DNA from: Girardia tigrina
Taxonomy: Eukaryota
DNA length: 64,000 nt
NCBI GenBank assembly: GCA_001938485.1
Contig: MQRK01229233.1
Location: 1 to 64,000 of the forward strand
Reading direction: 5' to 3'
Below the pieces are notes generated by a model. That model saw only the letters and a list, made by a program, of their open reading frames with translations. It made no database searches and was not told where the DNA came from. Below are positions 23,391 through 37,700 of the stretch, one piece after another. Position 1 is the stretch's first letter, and each line of letters starts with the position of its first letter. Made by a program: the position numbers and the translations under genes.

Positions 23391-25774
23391 TTAAGCAATT
23401 TTTCGATTGCTTCAATTTTCGTTTTATTCGTCTCTATACCATCTTTGCTCACGACATATCCTAAACATTTTGTCTTTTCTACCAGGAACTGGCACTTTTC
23501 AGGGTTTATCCGAAGGCCCGAATCTTTAATCATTTAAATTTTGTGTTCGACTCGTCTGAAATGTTCTTCTTTGTCTTTTGCGAAGATTAAGAATATCATC
23601 CAGGTATACAACTGTTTCTTTCAAGTTTAATTCTCCTAACACTCTTGTCATTAGTTCTTGAAATGTCGCTGGGGTAGCTGCAATTCCGAATGGCATTCTT
23701 TTAAAACAATGTTGGCCGTTCTTTGTCGAAAATGCTGTTTCTATTTTTGAATTTTTCTCCAATTCAATTTGATGATATGCGCTCCACAAGTCGATCATGC
23801 TAAAGTACTTCTCTCCATTTAATGTATTTAACATTTCTTCTACATTTGGCATTGGAAATGCTGGTCTGATTGTGACTTTATTTAATTGTCGAAAATCAAA
23901 ATATACTCGAATATCCTGTTTTTCTTTTTTCCTTACACATATTAGCGGAAAATTCCACGGCGAACTGCATTTTTCAATGATATCATTTTCCTCATAATTC
24001 TTGATAATATCATCTAGTTTTTCATCAAAGTGTTTTGGCTGTCGGTACGGTTCTATCAGTATTGATTCTCCTTGCGTTTCAATTTTATGCTTAGTTAGTG
24101 TGGTCTTCCTGATATCCCATTTATTCGCCATAAATATCGTTATATATTCTATTAGTAATTTCTTTAATGGTTCATCTATCTTATCTGCGTATATTTCCCT
24201 TATTTTTTTAAGTCTGTCTCTATCAGTTAAAGTATCGCGTATTACCAGCACTTCTTCGTTGTATCCTGTTTCTTTCTTTAGTTTTATGCTGAATTTATTT
24301 AGAAAATCTATTCCTGCAATCATTTCTGGTTTCAAATCATTTACTACAAAAACGTCCACTGTTTTCAATCTTAATCTTTAGTTGTACTCCTTCGTAATTT
24401 ACTAGTCCTGAATCGTTTGCACAGTGTATACGTCTTTTTGTCTTCTTTATTTTGATATTTTTCATATTTTTGAGCATCTAATAGACATCGTACTTTTCTA
24501 TTCTTTTTTTGAAAATCTATAATATGTCTCCCTTTCAGTTCTTCTTATTCTATTTTAAACTTTGATATTTAAATTATATCTGTGCTTCTTTCATCATCTT
24601 TTCCTGTGATCAAGCTGGCACATTTCTCATTGTATTTCGTTTTCAATATCTAATATATACAATTCCTGAGGAATATTTTCAACAGCATCCCATATGCAAC
24701 ATACGTCATCATACAAACAATCATTCATACAGTCAAACATACACATACATTCATTTCTTAGTGAAGTGCACTGATCACCTCTCCATGTGATCATGCCTCC
24801 TCGTTTCCCTGGTCGTCTCTGAAATTTTTTTTGTTTCTAATATTTTCTCTTCCTTTAGACTTCCTCTTTTATTCGATCTTTCCGACATTCTTTCCCAGTC
24901 GTCATCGAAGTCTTCTAATTCTGCTACTTGATCTCTTCTATTCGTATATCCCATATGACCTCTGTACTGTGTGTTTGTGTATTCGATTCGGTCATTTCTT
25001 CTATTTCTTGTATCTTCTCTTCCAGATTGTTCGCGCTCTCTAAATCTGTTTGGATTTTCATAACATTGTGTTCTTACATGCCCTTTCTTATTATAATGGC
25101 TGCATTTAACATTTAGGCTTCCCCGTCTCACATGTTCTTCTTCATGACAGGCCCGACATATGATCCTTCTCGCTTTAAAATTTCTTCTTGGTTCTTCGAT
25201 CTTTCTCTCTTTGTATCTTGTATCTCGGTCTTGTTGTTCCATATTCTACTTTCTTCCATTCTTTATTTTCCTTTGTCGTGTACGCGTCCACTCTTATATT
25301 CCTGTCTTTAAGCTCAAATTCATAAATTTTCTCTTGAATATTCTTTATGTCTTCTGTCTATGTGGAATTTCTGAGAGTCATTTCTCTTTTTACTTCTCTA
25401 TCTTCGATGGCGATGGCGTATGCTAGATCTGAAACTTCCTTTTTTCCTAGTTTTTTCTCAACTAGTTTCTTATCCCCAATTTTATCCCCAATTCTAATCT
25501 CTACAAGTTCCATCATTATTTCCAAAACATTTTTCTCTTTCGAGAATGCACTTCTCATTCTTGTTTCCAAGTTGTCTCCTTGTGTTTTCTCATATTTGTT
25601 TATCGCCTCTGAAGTCATGAATGCTGTAACTAATATTGCTTTTCTTTCTTCCTTAAATCCCAAAATATTTGAATATCTCTCAAACCTTATTAGGAATTCT
25701 TCTAATTTTGCTTCTGGCCCATTGAATGTCTCCGGTCCTTTGATAATTGGTGTCACGTGGCCTTGTGTTGTCAG
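23391..25774 (-). mobile_element. Gypsy gag-protease-RT fragment, decayed, with no LTRs
   Basis: gag (GPETFNG, zinc knuckles), SPWNFP, DFRQLN, RMPFG, YLDD, INPEKC motifs. Confidence 0.92.
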
Positions 25775-25974
25775 ATTAAGAACATTTAGACAAGTCTCAT
25801 TTGATTTTTTATTGCAATCACATTTAGAGTCATTACAACTCTCAGAAGGTCTTTCATCGTTTGTCATCGTTCTAATTGGTTTTCTTATTTCTGTTTTTAA
25901 TCATGATTATTCGAACAATTTTTTCTGTTTTTTTTTAAATATTTAACCTCTAAAATATTAATTAAAAAATAATA

Positions 25975-26056
25975 CTCCCTCCGTCCGGAAATATGGTATA
26001 CATTTTAGTATACATTTTGGTATCCAAATGTATACCATATTTCCGGAGGAAGGGAG
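25975..26056. mobile_element. Stowaway-like Tc1/mariner MITE (82 bp)
   Basis: TA|CTCCCTCCGTCCGGAAATATGGTATACATTT ... inverted ... GGGAG|TA. Confidence 0.85.
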
Positions 26057-27574
26057 TAATTTTTACCATTTCTCAATAAATCTCAAAATAATGTCATCAA
26101 ATTATTAAAAATGCATTTAATTTAAATTTTACTAAAAATTATTAAACTTAATTTTAATTGTCAAATTAAAAATATGAACTTATCAAATGATTATTTTAAT
26201 TATGTTCAATCATTAATAGTCAATCCTTTAAATTTAATAAAAAAATACCAATTTCCATCTGGGTGGGAGAATCACCATTCTAAATTCAACATACTTAATT
26301 CAACATACAGCATACATTTACATATTCAAAAAATTTAAAATATTCCTCACACTATTGTTAATTTTCTATCATCCAATTTGTTACCTATTATATAGAATTT
26401 TGATAGTTTCATTGATAGTTATAATATTTTATTTTATATTATCAAAAATCCATTTTTATGACATTTTATTTTGTATATCATTTTTTAGAAGAGTTGTTTA
26501 TTTATTAAGTAATAATTAAAAAAAAATCACGTTACAATCTTTCACAAAGGGAATTTTATTAAGGAAAATTAGTACACAAGTCTTTTACTCGTGAATTTCA
26601 TATAAAAGCTTGAATTGAAAAGTTTGTAAGCATTAAAATAATTTCTTCAATTTAAAAAATTTATATTATAAAAAATTACAATAAAAATTATACTGAAATA
26701 AACACATTATGTCAACTTATATTATATTTATTATATATTGTTTGAAAGTTCAGATTTCTATTTGTATATTTTAATTCTTTAATGCTTTTTTCAGATTATT
26801 TAAAATCTTTAATCAACTAGAAATATAATTAAAAAAAACTTTAATAAAAAATTTGAAAAAATACTATTTATTGCAACAATTAATTTGATATTCCCTTTTT
26901 CTTGCAAATCTGACAATTTATAATGATGAGAATAATATATAATGATAATTAAATATCAGCATATTGCAACTGTTTTAACAAAAAATAAGTTAATTTTCTG
27001 TTTATTTAATCAAACTTAACATGAGTAATATTGAGTTTTCAAATCACAGTTTGAAAATAAAACTAGTCTAATTTGAGAATATGAAAAAAAGTTTAGTATT
27101 TCTAATATTTTTGTTGTAAAACAAATCTATCATTAAACTTGCTTTAAATCATTTATGCAAAGAAAAATAGTTATATTTTTAAGAATATTTACAAACATTC
27201 TTTGTTTAAATTTGAGTGGAATTCAAACAATGAAAATAGAAAATATTGAAATTGAAATAAAAATTTGTTAGTGATGCATTATTTTCGATTGTCATAATAT
27301 TAATTGTTTTTCATGTCACTTAAATTAAAAAAATATTCAATGAAATAATTTTTAAAGTGTTTTAAGTTGAAAATCAGATAAAAGTAAAGCATATCCTACA
27401 AGAGTCCCAAGTTTTGTAATTTAACCTAAAGTCTTTTTTGGCTTGTTTTCTATACCATTTTGTTTCATATTTTCAATTATCTTTTTATTCAAGAACATCC
27501 AAGAATGGAAAATTATAATTATTTTCCACTTGCTGAGAAATGGTTATTTTTATGAATTAAATTCTTTTGTCTTA

Positions 27575-28290
27575 ACGGTTGGAATGCTGCTTGGAGAATC
27601 TGTGGATCAGGACTAATGTTGGAGACCGTTTCATTCATAATATCATCACTGTGGACGAGTCACAACTGTCCCTTTATGTCCCAGAATCTAAAAGAGAGTC
27701 TCAAGAATGGAAACTGCCAGGAGAAAGCAGCTCACTGAAAATGCGGTTCTCAACTTGTCACCGAAGGGCTCTTCATGCTGACGGTGTTTTGCGACGCCAA
27801 TGACAATATTCTGACTGACCTTACTGCATCCGACGTGAAGGTCAATAGTTGCTACTTCTCCAACATCGTGCAACAAGTAAGGAAGGTACGACACAAGATC
27901 AGAGTGTGTAATTTATATTTTTTACAAGATAATGCTCCAATCCACACTAGCGTTTCCATGGCCACAATATAGCGTTGCGGGCTCAATTTGCTCCACCACC
28001 TACCATACAGTCCCAATTTGGCTCCCTGTTTAACCATCTTAAAAAGCATCTGTGGGTCAGGTGTTTGCAAACCAACATAATTTGAGAGCTGCCATGGAGT
28101 TTTTTCTGGGAGAAAAGCCACCAGATTTCTACAAAAACCTCGTTATTCACTGGGAGAATTGTGTCAGTGCACAAGAAAATTATTTTGAGAAATGATGCCT
28201 ATTTACCTTGCTTGTTCTAAATACAAAGTGTTGTGTTGATATCTTAAGTATTTCTATATAAGTCTCATCACTTATTCGGCGCACCACGCA
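27575..28290 (+). mobile_element. mariner transposase 3' remnant
   Basis: IITVDES, MLTVF, LQDNAPIH, PYSPNLAP motifs. Confidence 0.88.
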
Positions 28291-28522
28291 TTGAAATTAG
28301 AAATAAATTAATTAATGTATAAAAAAATGAGTACCATAGATTTTATATAAAACATCAGTAATTGTAACATTTTAGGCCTGATCTTTTTAAAAACAATTAA
28401 TAGTCATTGTGAGGAATATTTTAAATTTGGTATGTTGAAATTGGGTTGTTTAATTTTGTATGTTGAGTTTAGTATTTGGAAATGTGTTTCTCCCACACAG
28501 ATGGAAAATTGATATTTTAGAT

Positions 28523-28735
28523 CAGTGGTGGCCAACCTTTTTTGCGCCGCGACACCTTTTTGTAAACGGAAAAATTTCGCGACACCCATATGCCTTTGCA
28601 TTAAATTTTTGGTGAATTGTTACATTTGGTGAATTGTAACAAGGCGTTAGTAGTATGATAAAACAATTACTTACGCGTAAAAATCTTTTTAAAAATCACC
28701 CTAGGGTGTCGCGACACCCAGTTTGGCCACCACTG
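28523..28735. mobile_element. hAT (Buster-type) MITE
   Basis: TIR CAGTGGTGGCCAA; perfect 8-bp TSD TTTTAGAT. Confidence 0.95.
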
Positions 28736-29599
28736 TTTTAGATGTTCACGATAAATAATTATTCGAGTATAATTCATATTTTAAAGTACAGCATAAGATA
28801 TGTAAAAACATTAAAAATATTAAATCTTTTCAAATCTTCATATTAAAATTTAAATAAAATAAATAGTTGTAACTAAGTTTTGAATTAATTAAATGTTCTT
28901 TCTTTACATAAAATAATTTTTAAATAAAATTAATATGTAAATAAAAATTAATACTAAAACTACAAAATTTGAACTTTAAAAATAAAATCAGAAAATAATG
29001 AAAAATTTGTTCGAATAATTGTTTATTAACAAACATTAATAAAAAAATATCAATTTAGAACGATGTCGAATGACGAGAGATTTGCTGAGAGTTGTCCAAA
29101 AGACAATTCTGATTGTAATGAAAATAAAAGTTTGAAAACTAATGTTGGTGTTCTTATTAGTCATAGAACATTAAAAGTAATTATTCCTTTAAAACTTGAA
29201 AAATCAAGTGAACTGTTAGATATTGATAATTTATAATGACACATTTAAATTCTCAATATTTAAATGACTATTATTCTGTTAAAAGTATACTTTCTTTACT
29301 TATTTAATAAAAACGATTTAAAATCGAATTACTACAAAATATTGCAATTTTCTTTGAATATTATAGAATTGTTATCAATAAAGTTTTTAAACATTTTAAA
29401 ATTTATTATGCCTATATCTGAAGAAATTATTTTTGCCACAAATAAGGTATAATAAATATAACTATTTCATTCGACCTTAAAAATTTCAAATTGTATTTAT
29501 TCTAAATTAATTTGTAAAGTTAAACATTGTTTCTGTTTTTTCTTTTTCTCTACTTATTTTCTTTAACCGCATTCTTTTTAATATTTTCTTGAATTTATG

Positions 29600-29602
<3 letters not shown>

Positions 29603-29640
<38 letters not shown>
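29603..29640. repeat. (AT)n microsatellite
   Basis: Directly visible. Confidence 0.95.
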
Positions 29641-29642
<2 letters not shown>

Positions 29643-31503
29643 CTTTTTTGTTTCAGCTAATTTTATCATATTTACGGTAAAGTTCGTCTTATATTTATAA
29701 ATCTTCATATTTCTCTAATATATTTTTTTTCTAAATTATGATTTAATTTACTAAAAATTATACTTAGACTAAATTGTTTTGAAAACCATCAAATAATGAA
29801 GAGTTTTTAGAATTTCACTTAGAATGCTCTTTAATTTATATTTTAAATTATTATTTTTTAAATTTAAAATTAAAGCATTCGAAAAAATATTATTAAAATA
29901 AAAGCAATTATATAATTAATTTAGTGTTTGATAAACTTTGCTAATGATCTTCTATGCTACAGGAAGCGTGTCTTGCAAATATATCTCTAATAGTAAAGTC
30001 TAACTAAAAATATATTTAACTGACTGAAATTATAATTGCTAATATATCAAAAGCAACATTTTTTAGATGTCGAATATAGCGGAACTTCGGAAAGGAACTT
30101 TCTCATTTTATGGTTGCCAAATATTTGATATCTTTGATGAAAAATAAATAAGTTTGACTTCATGGAAAAGAAAATAAAAATAACGAAAATTAAAAGATAA
30201 ACATATGTGTCTAATCACTTTAAGTTTAAAAATGTTGTGATTTTTTTAAAAATTTATTAATTCCAAAGTAATTTATAATAGAATTTCTGCGATTTATTTA
30301 TTCACACATTTTGATTGATTTATGTAATATAGTTTTAAAAATATAAAAGATAACGGTTTACGAAACATGTTTAACACGTTCACTGTGGCTTTTCGGTTTC
30401 GAATGAAAAAAAATGTATAAAAAAGACAAAATTCAAAACTAAAATAATGATCAGATATTTATATTATATTATATATATGTATATATAATAGTAATCTTAA
30501 TTATAACTATAATACAGAAGAATTTGAACACAACCTCCCCTCTTTGACGATTCTTAAGGAGGATCACATATAGTAAAATGCGCTTCCACTGCGCTACCAC
30601 AACAGTAGCCTTATTATGCCAATTATTATATCTTATTTAAGTTTAGATTATAGCAATAATACTAAAAAAACTTTCAATGGATTTTGATTTTTCAATTTAG
30701 TGTGTTACTCATTGATAACAAATAGATAATTGATATTTTATTTCTTGGTGGAAAGAATACCTTCAAAATATATTTTAATTTTTTATTCTGGTTTATTAAG
30801 AAATGATAAAATTAATGGCTACAATTAATGAGGAAACCTTGATTTAATTTTTTTTGAAAACAAAGTAATGTTCTTATAAATTTTAGAAAGCTAATTGTAA
30901 TAATTGTATTTCATGAAAGTTGGGATTAGATAAAGACTTATTAGACCAAAATTCCAAGAAAAGGATTTACGCTCATTATATACTAGCTTTAACGTATGGT
31001 AATACTGATATTACTTTTATTCTTTTAAGTGAATTGGACAACGTTTAAGACAAAAAGATATCTCGGTCCTCTTCATTTTATTTTAAACATTTTTCACTGT
31101 ACATGATTTTTATTTATTTATTTATTTTTATTCCGTAAGTGAGTGACATTTAAATGTCAAAGTTTTTCATTGTTTTTGGGGTAAAGCTGTTTTATTGAAG
31201 TATATTTCGGCAAACAATTTAGTACTTAGTAAGTTAAACTCGTACTTTTACTAAAACTACGATTATCAGAATGAAAAACGGGAAGTGTTTTTGAACAATA
31301 CATAGAAAATAACTATAAAAGGCATTTCAAGATGTTTAATTTTTGAACATTTTAATCCTTGAATTTTGAAAAGATATCAGTCATCTAGTAAAACTTTTAT
31401 AATATTATAAAGCTTTTCTAAGATAATTAATTATTTTGCTTTGATCTAATACAACATATTTCATTAATAGTGAAAAATAATTCGTGTTAAAATGTCTTTA
31501 TTA

Positions 31504-32550
31504 GGTGACGTCAAATATTTCAAATATTATGCGACAGAGCTACATCTACATAGTTAAAAATTATGACATTTGTTTTAACATTTGACTATTTCGTCAGACA
31601 TATTTCATTATTTAAAATGATAGCTGGCGTCGACAAGTGTCATATAGTTAAGCTTGTGCTTCTAACAAAATTGAACCTAGTGAAATATTTGGCAACTAAG
31701 CCAGGTCTATAGTGAAAAGGCCTCCTCTTGCTTATAACTTATAAGGGGGTTAAAGAATTCAATCCCTTTTTTGAACGGAATTCGAACGTTCCATTTCCTG
31801 GGATTAATGAAGTTATGCTCGTGTTTCATGCCTTTCTTTCGCAAAGATGACACGTGCAAAAATCGATTTAAGTGCTGTCAAGATAATTTCAATATTCATG
31901 CTTAAATTGGTGCTTGGATAATATAGTTTAAGAGGTCAAAACATTACTTTCCATCCACATCTCAGAAGTAAGGAGACAGCGAAAAAAATGGAAACTCTCA
32001 TGAGAAGTGAGCTCCAAAATAACAGAATAGATTCTCTCAGCGTTGAGTTGTAATGATGACCATTTTTCTGAATTCGCGTGATGTTTATCACAATAATTTC
32101 AATGACGAAGCCACAAAAATACTACGCGGTTGCTGCCGAAGAGGCCCGTAAGAAAAGGGAATGCCCTATGACTATAGTCCATACACAACTTCACTGTTGT
32201 CTATGCTGTTGTTCGGCAAAGTTACTTCGTGGAAGTTTATCATCCACCAATTCGAGTTCCAAGCAATTCTATCCTGTCCTACCACAAACAGAAGTGTCTA
32301 AAAGGAGAATCGGTTGCGACAAAGAGGGATATATGCAATCGGCGACCGCATTTAGTAGCTTAAAATGTGCTGAATTTTATTAAAGTGCCATTTCTGATCT
32401 AGTAAGACGGGGAAATGTGTGTGTTGAGAATGTTGAGGTTGCATGGAAAACTAGCTATACCATAAACTCTATGACATGCCTAAGAAATACACATTTAAAA
32501 TTTAATCACTTGCTCTTAAGTAGGTAATCTACGGACCTTTTGACATCACC
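31504..32550 (-). mobile_element. Heavily decayed Tc1/mariner-like element
   Basis: GGTGACGTCAAA / TTTGACATCACC inverted ends ~1.05 kb apart, 5' TA; faint FKKGIE-like C-terminal peptide. Confidence 0.45.
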
Positions 32551-33973
32551 ACATAAATCTGCAAAGATTTTTTTATGAAAGACAAATATAATTTAAACTA
32601 TTTTAGTTTTCTAGATCTGTTTTTTAATCACTGGAGAATAATCCCGTTTTTTCAGTCCGTTAATTTGCTAATTCTTTTTTTCTCTTTTCTTCCAAGACTT
32701 TTTCACTTACATTACCCAAAATAGCTTTCGATGTAATGATATAATTCTACAAGATTCTTTTCTAAAATAATTAAAAATCATTGGGATCCGGATTTCATCT
32801 GAATCTTTATACATTCCATGTGCGATGTGATCCATAACTGAAATCGAACACGACAGTAGTTTAAATTCATTTGTTTTTTTAAATATTCATTTCACAGTTT
32901 TTCGAATTGCGGGTGTTGAAAGAAAGACATTAAAATTACTATTAATATTTATTTAATTTCACTTCGTTGCTATTAGCAAATTAGATGAACTGTTCTTTTG
33001 TTAAATTAAAAGCTTTAGAGGCTTCTCGCATCATTTGTTATTCTTTGTAAATGAATTTCTTTAACTTCATAAAGTTTTTTACAAAAAGTAAGAATTACAA
33101 TTCAAAGTCATACTTTCTTATTTTATTGTTTTTCAATACGCTGATTAAGAAGGTTTATGTTGTGACTTTTTAAATCTAAAAATTATACTTCATAAATATT
33201 TATTGTACTTTTATTGCTATTTTATAATAATTTAAATTTCCACAGTTTTACTTATTTAATAAAAATTTGCGTATCTAACAATGATTTCATTTTGAAAACT
33301 TGATAAATAATTATATATATTACGTAATATATATTATAAAGTAAAAAATCTTTTAAAAAATTATAATGCAATTGTTTGTCTATTCACAAAATGGATAAGT
33401 TCGACACTTAGTANNNNNNNNNNNNNNNNNNNNNNNNNNNNNNNNNNNNNNNNNNNNNNNNNNNNNNNNNNNNNNNNNNNNNNNNNNNNNNNNNNNNNNN
33501 NNNNNNNNNNNNNNNNNNNNNNNNNNNNNNNNNNNNNNNNNNNNNNNNNNNNNNNNNNNNNNNNNNNNNNNNNNNNNNNNNNNNNNNNNNNNNNNNNNNN
33601 NNNNNNNNNNNNNNNNNNNNNNNNNNNNNNNNNNNNNNNNNNNNNNNNNNNNNNNNNNNNNNNNNNNNNNNNNNNNNNNNNNNNNNNNNNNNNNNNNNNN
33701 NNNNNNNNNNNNNNNNNNNNNNNNNNNNNNNNNNNNNNNNNNNNNNNNNNNNNNNNNNNNNNNNNNNNNNNNNNNNNNNNNNNNNNNNNNNNNNNNNNNN
33801 NNNNNNNNNNNNNNNNNNNNNNNNNNNNNNNNNNNNNNNNNNNNNNNNNNNNNNNNNNNNNNNNNNNNNNNNNNNNNNNNNNNNNNNNNNNNNNNNNNNN
33901 NNNNNNNNNNNNNNNNNNNNNNNNNNNNNNNNNNNNNNNNNNNNNNNNNNNNNNNNNNNNNNNNNNNNNNNNN

Positions 33974-34004
<31 letters not shown>

Positions 34005-34339
34005 ATTTTGTTAGAGCTTGTTAAGAACTTCATGTAAAATATTTTCGTAGTTTCATACTCACTCAGCAATTGTTATGATTTTTTATTTTAATAATTTAAG
34101 ATATTATTGGATAAAAATGAAAAACGATTTAAAGTTTAATTAAATATTTTAAGATTTGAAACAGCTTTAATTTGTGCATTTTTAATGCTTATTAATTTAT
34201 CAAAAATCAATCCTTTATAGAACCATTTTTAAAATTATTGCATTGTCTTAATCCAAATATTAAATTCACAGCAGAATCTGAAATCAGTAACTAAATTCTT
34301 TTTTTAACATTCTGCTCACTAGGATGAATGGGAAATGTC

Positions 34340-35130
34340 GAATTGAATTTCAGAAAGACAACAGATACAAGTTTTTATGAAATACCAGAGGTTTTGTAAG
34401 AAAAAATATATGGAGGATATGATAAAGAGCTTAGTTCGCACAGTTTGGAATTTGTTTTCCGATTTTGAAATTTCAGATCATAGTTTAAATATTCTTAGAG
34501 GACGTTTGAGAAACAGCAGGTACACAAACTATCAGATAGATTTCAACATTAACGCTATATTGGACAAATTATGTGCACAAACACAGGTCAAGAAAGAAAT
34601 AAAGGCAAGAAACATAAAAGAACACAAATAAGTCATCAAAATACCATATTCTGAAGGATTTAAGAAGAGTATTTACAATAATATAGGTAATGTCAATGAG
34701 GTTTCATTGATATCCAAAGTTCAAAGCTTCCTCTCAAATAATCGAAAACAATATAGGGATTTCAAATTAATGTGGTTTATAAATTTAATTGTAACGGGTG
34801 TAAAATTCGTATATTGGTTAGACAAATCGTCATTTCAAAACCCAGATTAATGAAATATTCATAATCGAGTTGATCAAATAAGGTTCTTTATCATTGGTTA
34901 CATTGTAAAAATAGAATCTCTACTATTTCAAATGATGAGTTTTCTGTTGTACAGAAGGGCTTTGATTTGCATTAAGAGTGATAGTTCTGCGAATCAATAT
35001 TGATAAGACATCTTAAACCAATTAATAAACATTCAAAATGGAAAAAGTAGAGCCGTTTCAAATCCTAAAATCTTTATTTAAATTTAAAAATATTTTGCCA
35101 TTATTATCCAATAATATCTGGAATAATTAA
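34340..35130 (+). mobile_element. Decayed PLE 3' half (thumb and GIY-YIG)
   Basis: MIKSLV, KIPYSEG, VVYKFNCNGCK; homologous to 54690-55170. Confidence 0.8.
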
Positions 35131-36179
35131 AATCATCGAAAAATCATTCAAATTAAACTCACAAATAAATCATTTTATAATGTAATTATTCTTTTAAGTT
35201 TTCGTTATCTCAATGGACCAAACACTTTAAAACGTTTTATTTAGAACGAAACAAGTCGAGAATGTAATAAATGATTATTGTTGTCATATTTCCCTTTATT
35301 CACTATAATAATATTTCCAAATAATAATAATATTTCAATGTTTTTATCCAAACATAACCGTCGTGGAATTTTCAGTGTCTTATGAAATTCTTCCTAATTC
35401 ATCAATTTTTAGATATTTTATCATTCATAACAATGATTATTGAATTTAAAAATCTGAGTTTTAGTTGCATAATATTTCAAAAATATTATTAATATTACTT
35501 GAATACTCAAATCATTATTTACATTTGCGACATTAAATTGTCTAAAACATCTTTTGATTTAATTAAAAGCAGAGAAATCGCTAATAAATTGTGTATGACT
35601 AAAGAAAAAAAATATTTCCCAGATATATTTTTCAATTCTTATTTAGCAAAAGAAGTAATTTAGACAAAGTTACAAATAAAATAATTTATATTTTTATTCA
35701 GTTTTGTTTTTAATTTAATATAAAACACAGATAAAGATGTGTAATATTATTTTCCTTAACAATGTTTATCACATGTTAAAAGAATTTTTATAAATGTAAA
35801 ATTCAGAATAATATAATTTATTCATTTTATGATATTACTAAACTTATTTATAGTCTTTATCTTCGTTTTTAAGATCCCTTGTCAAGTGATTTAATAAATA
35901 AAAGAACAGTTCTAAATCAATTATTAATAAATAATTAAAAAAACAATTAATTATATTTTTTAAAATTAGTATTCAAAACATCAAAAATGTTTCTGATTTT
36001 CTTTCATCGTCAAAATTTAAACTTCCATATTAAACTTTTCATCTTTTAAATTATATCTTCAAATAAGATAAATTTAAAATAACAGTAAAATATTTTGAAG
36101 TGTTGAAATATTCATTTATATGCCCATCAATCATATTTATCAAATAATGTATTCTTTAAGAATTTTTTTATAACAACAC

Positions 36180-37700
36180 TCATCCATTTAAAAATATATT
36201 TCAAGACAATATATTTCGACGGATCTACCGTCATCTTCAGGTCACTAATTAATAATCGATTCACCTGTATATAAATACAAAAATGGTGATTATGTAATCG
36301 ATTGCATGAAATCATGCTAATCAAAAATTCTCAATAANNNNNNNNNNNNNNNNNNNNNNNNNNNNNNNNNNNNNNNNNNNNNNNNNNNNNNNNNNNNNNN
36401 NNNNNNNNNNNNNNNNNNNNNNNNNNNNNNNNNNNNNNNNNNNNNNNNNNNNNNNNNNNNNNNNNNNNNNNNNNNNNNNNNNNNNNNNNNNNNNNNNNNN
36501 ATGTTCTGCAATATTACTCTTACTCTCTTTTCGACCATGTTCTTGAATTCGTTTACAGAGATGACGGGCAGTCTCTCCAATGTATGGGGCATCGCACCCA
36601 TTACATTTATATTCATAAACAATATCAGAACAAAGTGTTAAAGGTGTAATAGATTTATTACTGAACATATTTTGAATTTTATGAGATCGTGATATAATTT
36701 TTAAATTTAATTCATTGTTAGTTGCTTTTAACAATGCTATCGATGATTAGAACGTCTCAATATATGATAGCGAAATATCTAGATTCAAAATTAAAACCTC
36801 TATTATCATCTGAATTTTTGTGTCGGTATAGTTTTGAATTTGTTGATTTAATTTCTACTTATAAAGTACAGAATGAAGGTGAATTTATGGTTTCTTTTGA
36901 TATCTCTAGTTTATTTACAAATGTTCCCTTGGTTGAAAGCTTGAATTTGTGTTGTGATCTATGGAAAAATAATCATTCAGAACATCATATTGTCGACGAG
37001 GTTGGGTTTCGTGAGTTATTAAGTTTTGCAACATCAAATGTTCATTTTCTTTTTAATAATGAGTGGTATGAGCAAACTGATGTGGTTGCTATGGGTTAAC
37101 CGTTAGCACCAACGTTAGCTTCTGTTTTTCTTTCAAAGATTGAAAATAAAATTAAACTGTTTGATGGAAATCAACCTTTAGTATATAAACTATACGTTGA
37201 TGATATATTTTTAGTTTTTTAAAATCAGGCTGATGTACTTCCATTTTTAAATTTTATGAATTCGTTACATTCAAATGTTACTTTTACAGTTGAAAATTAA
37301 AGGAATTGAGTCTTACCTTTTCTGGATCTTTTGGTTGAAAGAAAATCTCTTAGTTACGAGACTGGAATTTACAGGAAGCAAACTGATACAGGCTTATATA
37401 CTTCACCAGACAGTTTTTGTGAACTTAAGTATAAAAGAAACATGATTAAAGGTTTAATTTATCGCTCCTGGTCGTTGTCTTCCACTTTTGTTAAATCTGT
37501 AGAAAGTGTTAATGAACTAAGTTCTTTGTTAAATCAGAATGGTTATTCTAAATCTTTTCTAGAAAAATTAATAAAGGAAACAGTAGATAAAATACTTTTG
37601 AAAGATTTTTCGAAAAATCAGAGTTTGGCTTCTCCTGATGGATCTAAGAAAGAAATCGAAGGATCATTAGATATTAATAATATGCCTAAATATTGTTTAC
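36180..37700. mobile_element. PLE: inverted 3' end (minus, 36180-36735) fused to RT segment (plus, ~36735-37700)
   Basis: YECNGC..YIGET-type endonuclease on minus; MVSFDISSLFTNVP, AMG, YVDD, YRKQTDTGLY on plus. Confidence 0.93.
36203..36246 (-). ncRNA. Minimal hammerhead ribozyme
   Basis: GAC-CUGAAGA-U-GACGG(uagau)CCGUC-GAAA-UAUAUU-GUC. Confidence 0.85.

Noticed and set aside
30570-30610. tRNA A-box-like sequence on the minus strand
   Set aside because: No B-box or cloverleaf; at most a decayed SINE head
33380-34069. 229-aa ORF
   Set aside because: Almost entirely N plus an (AT)n run
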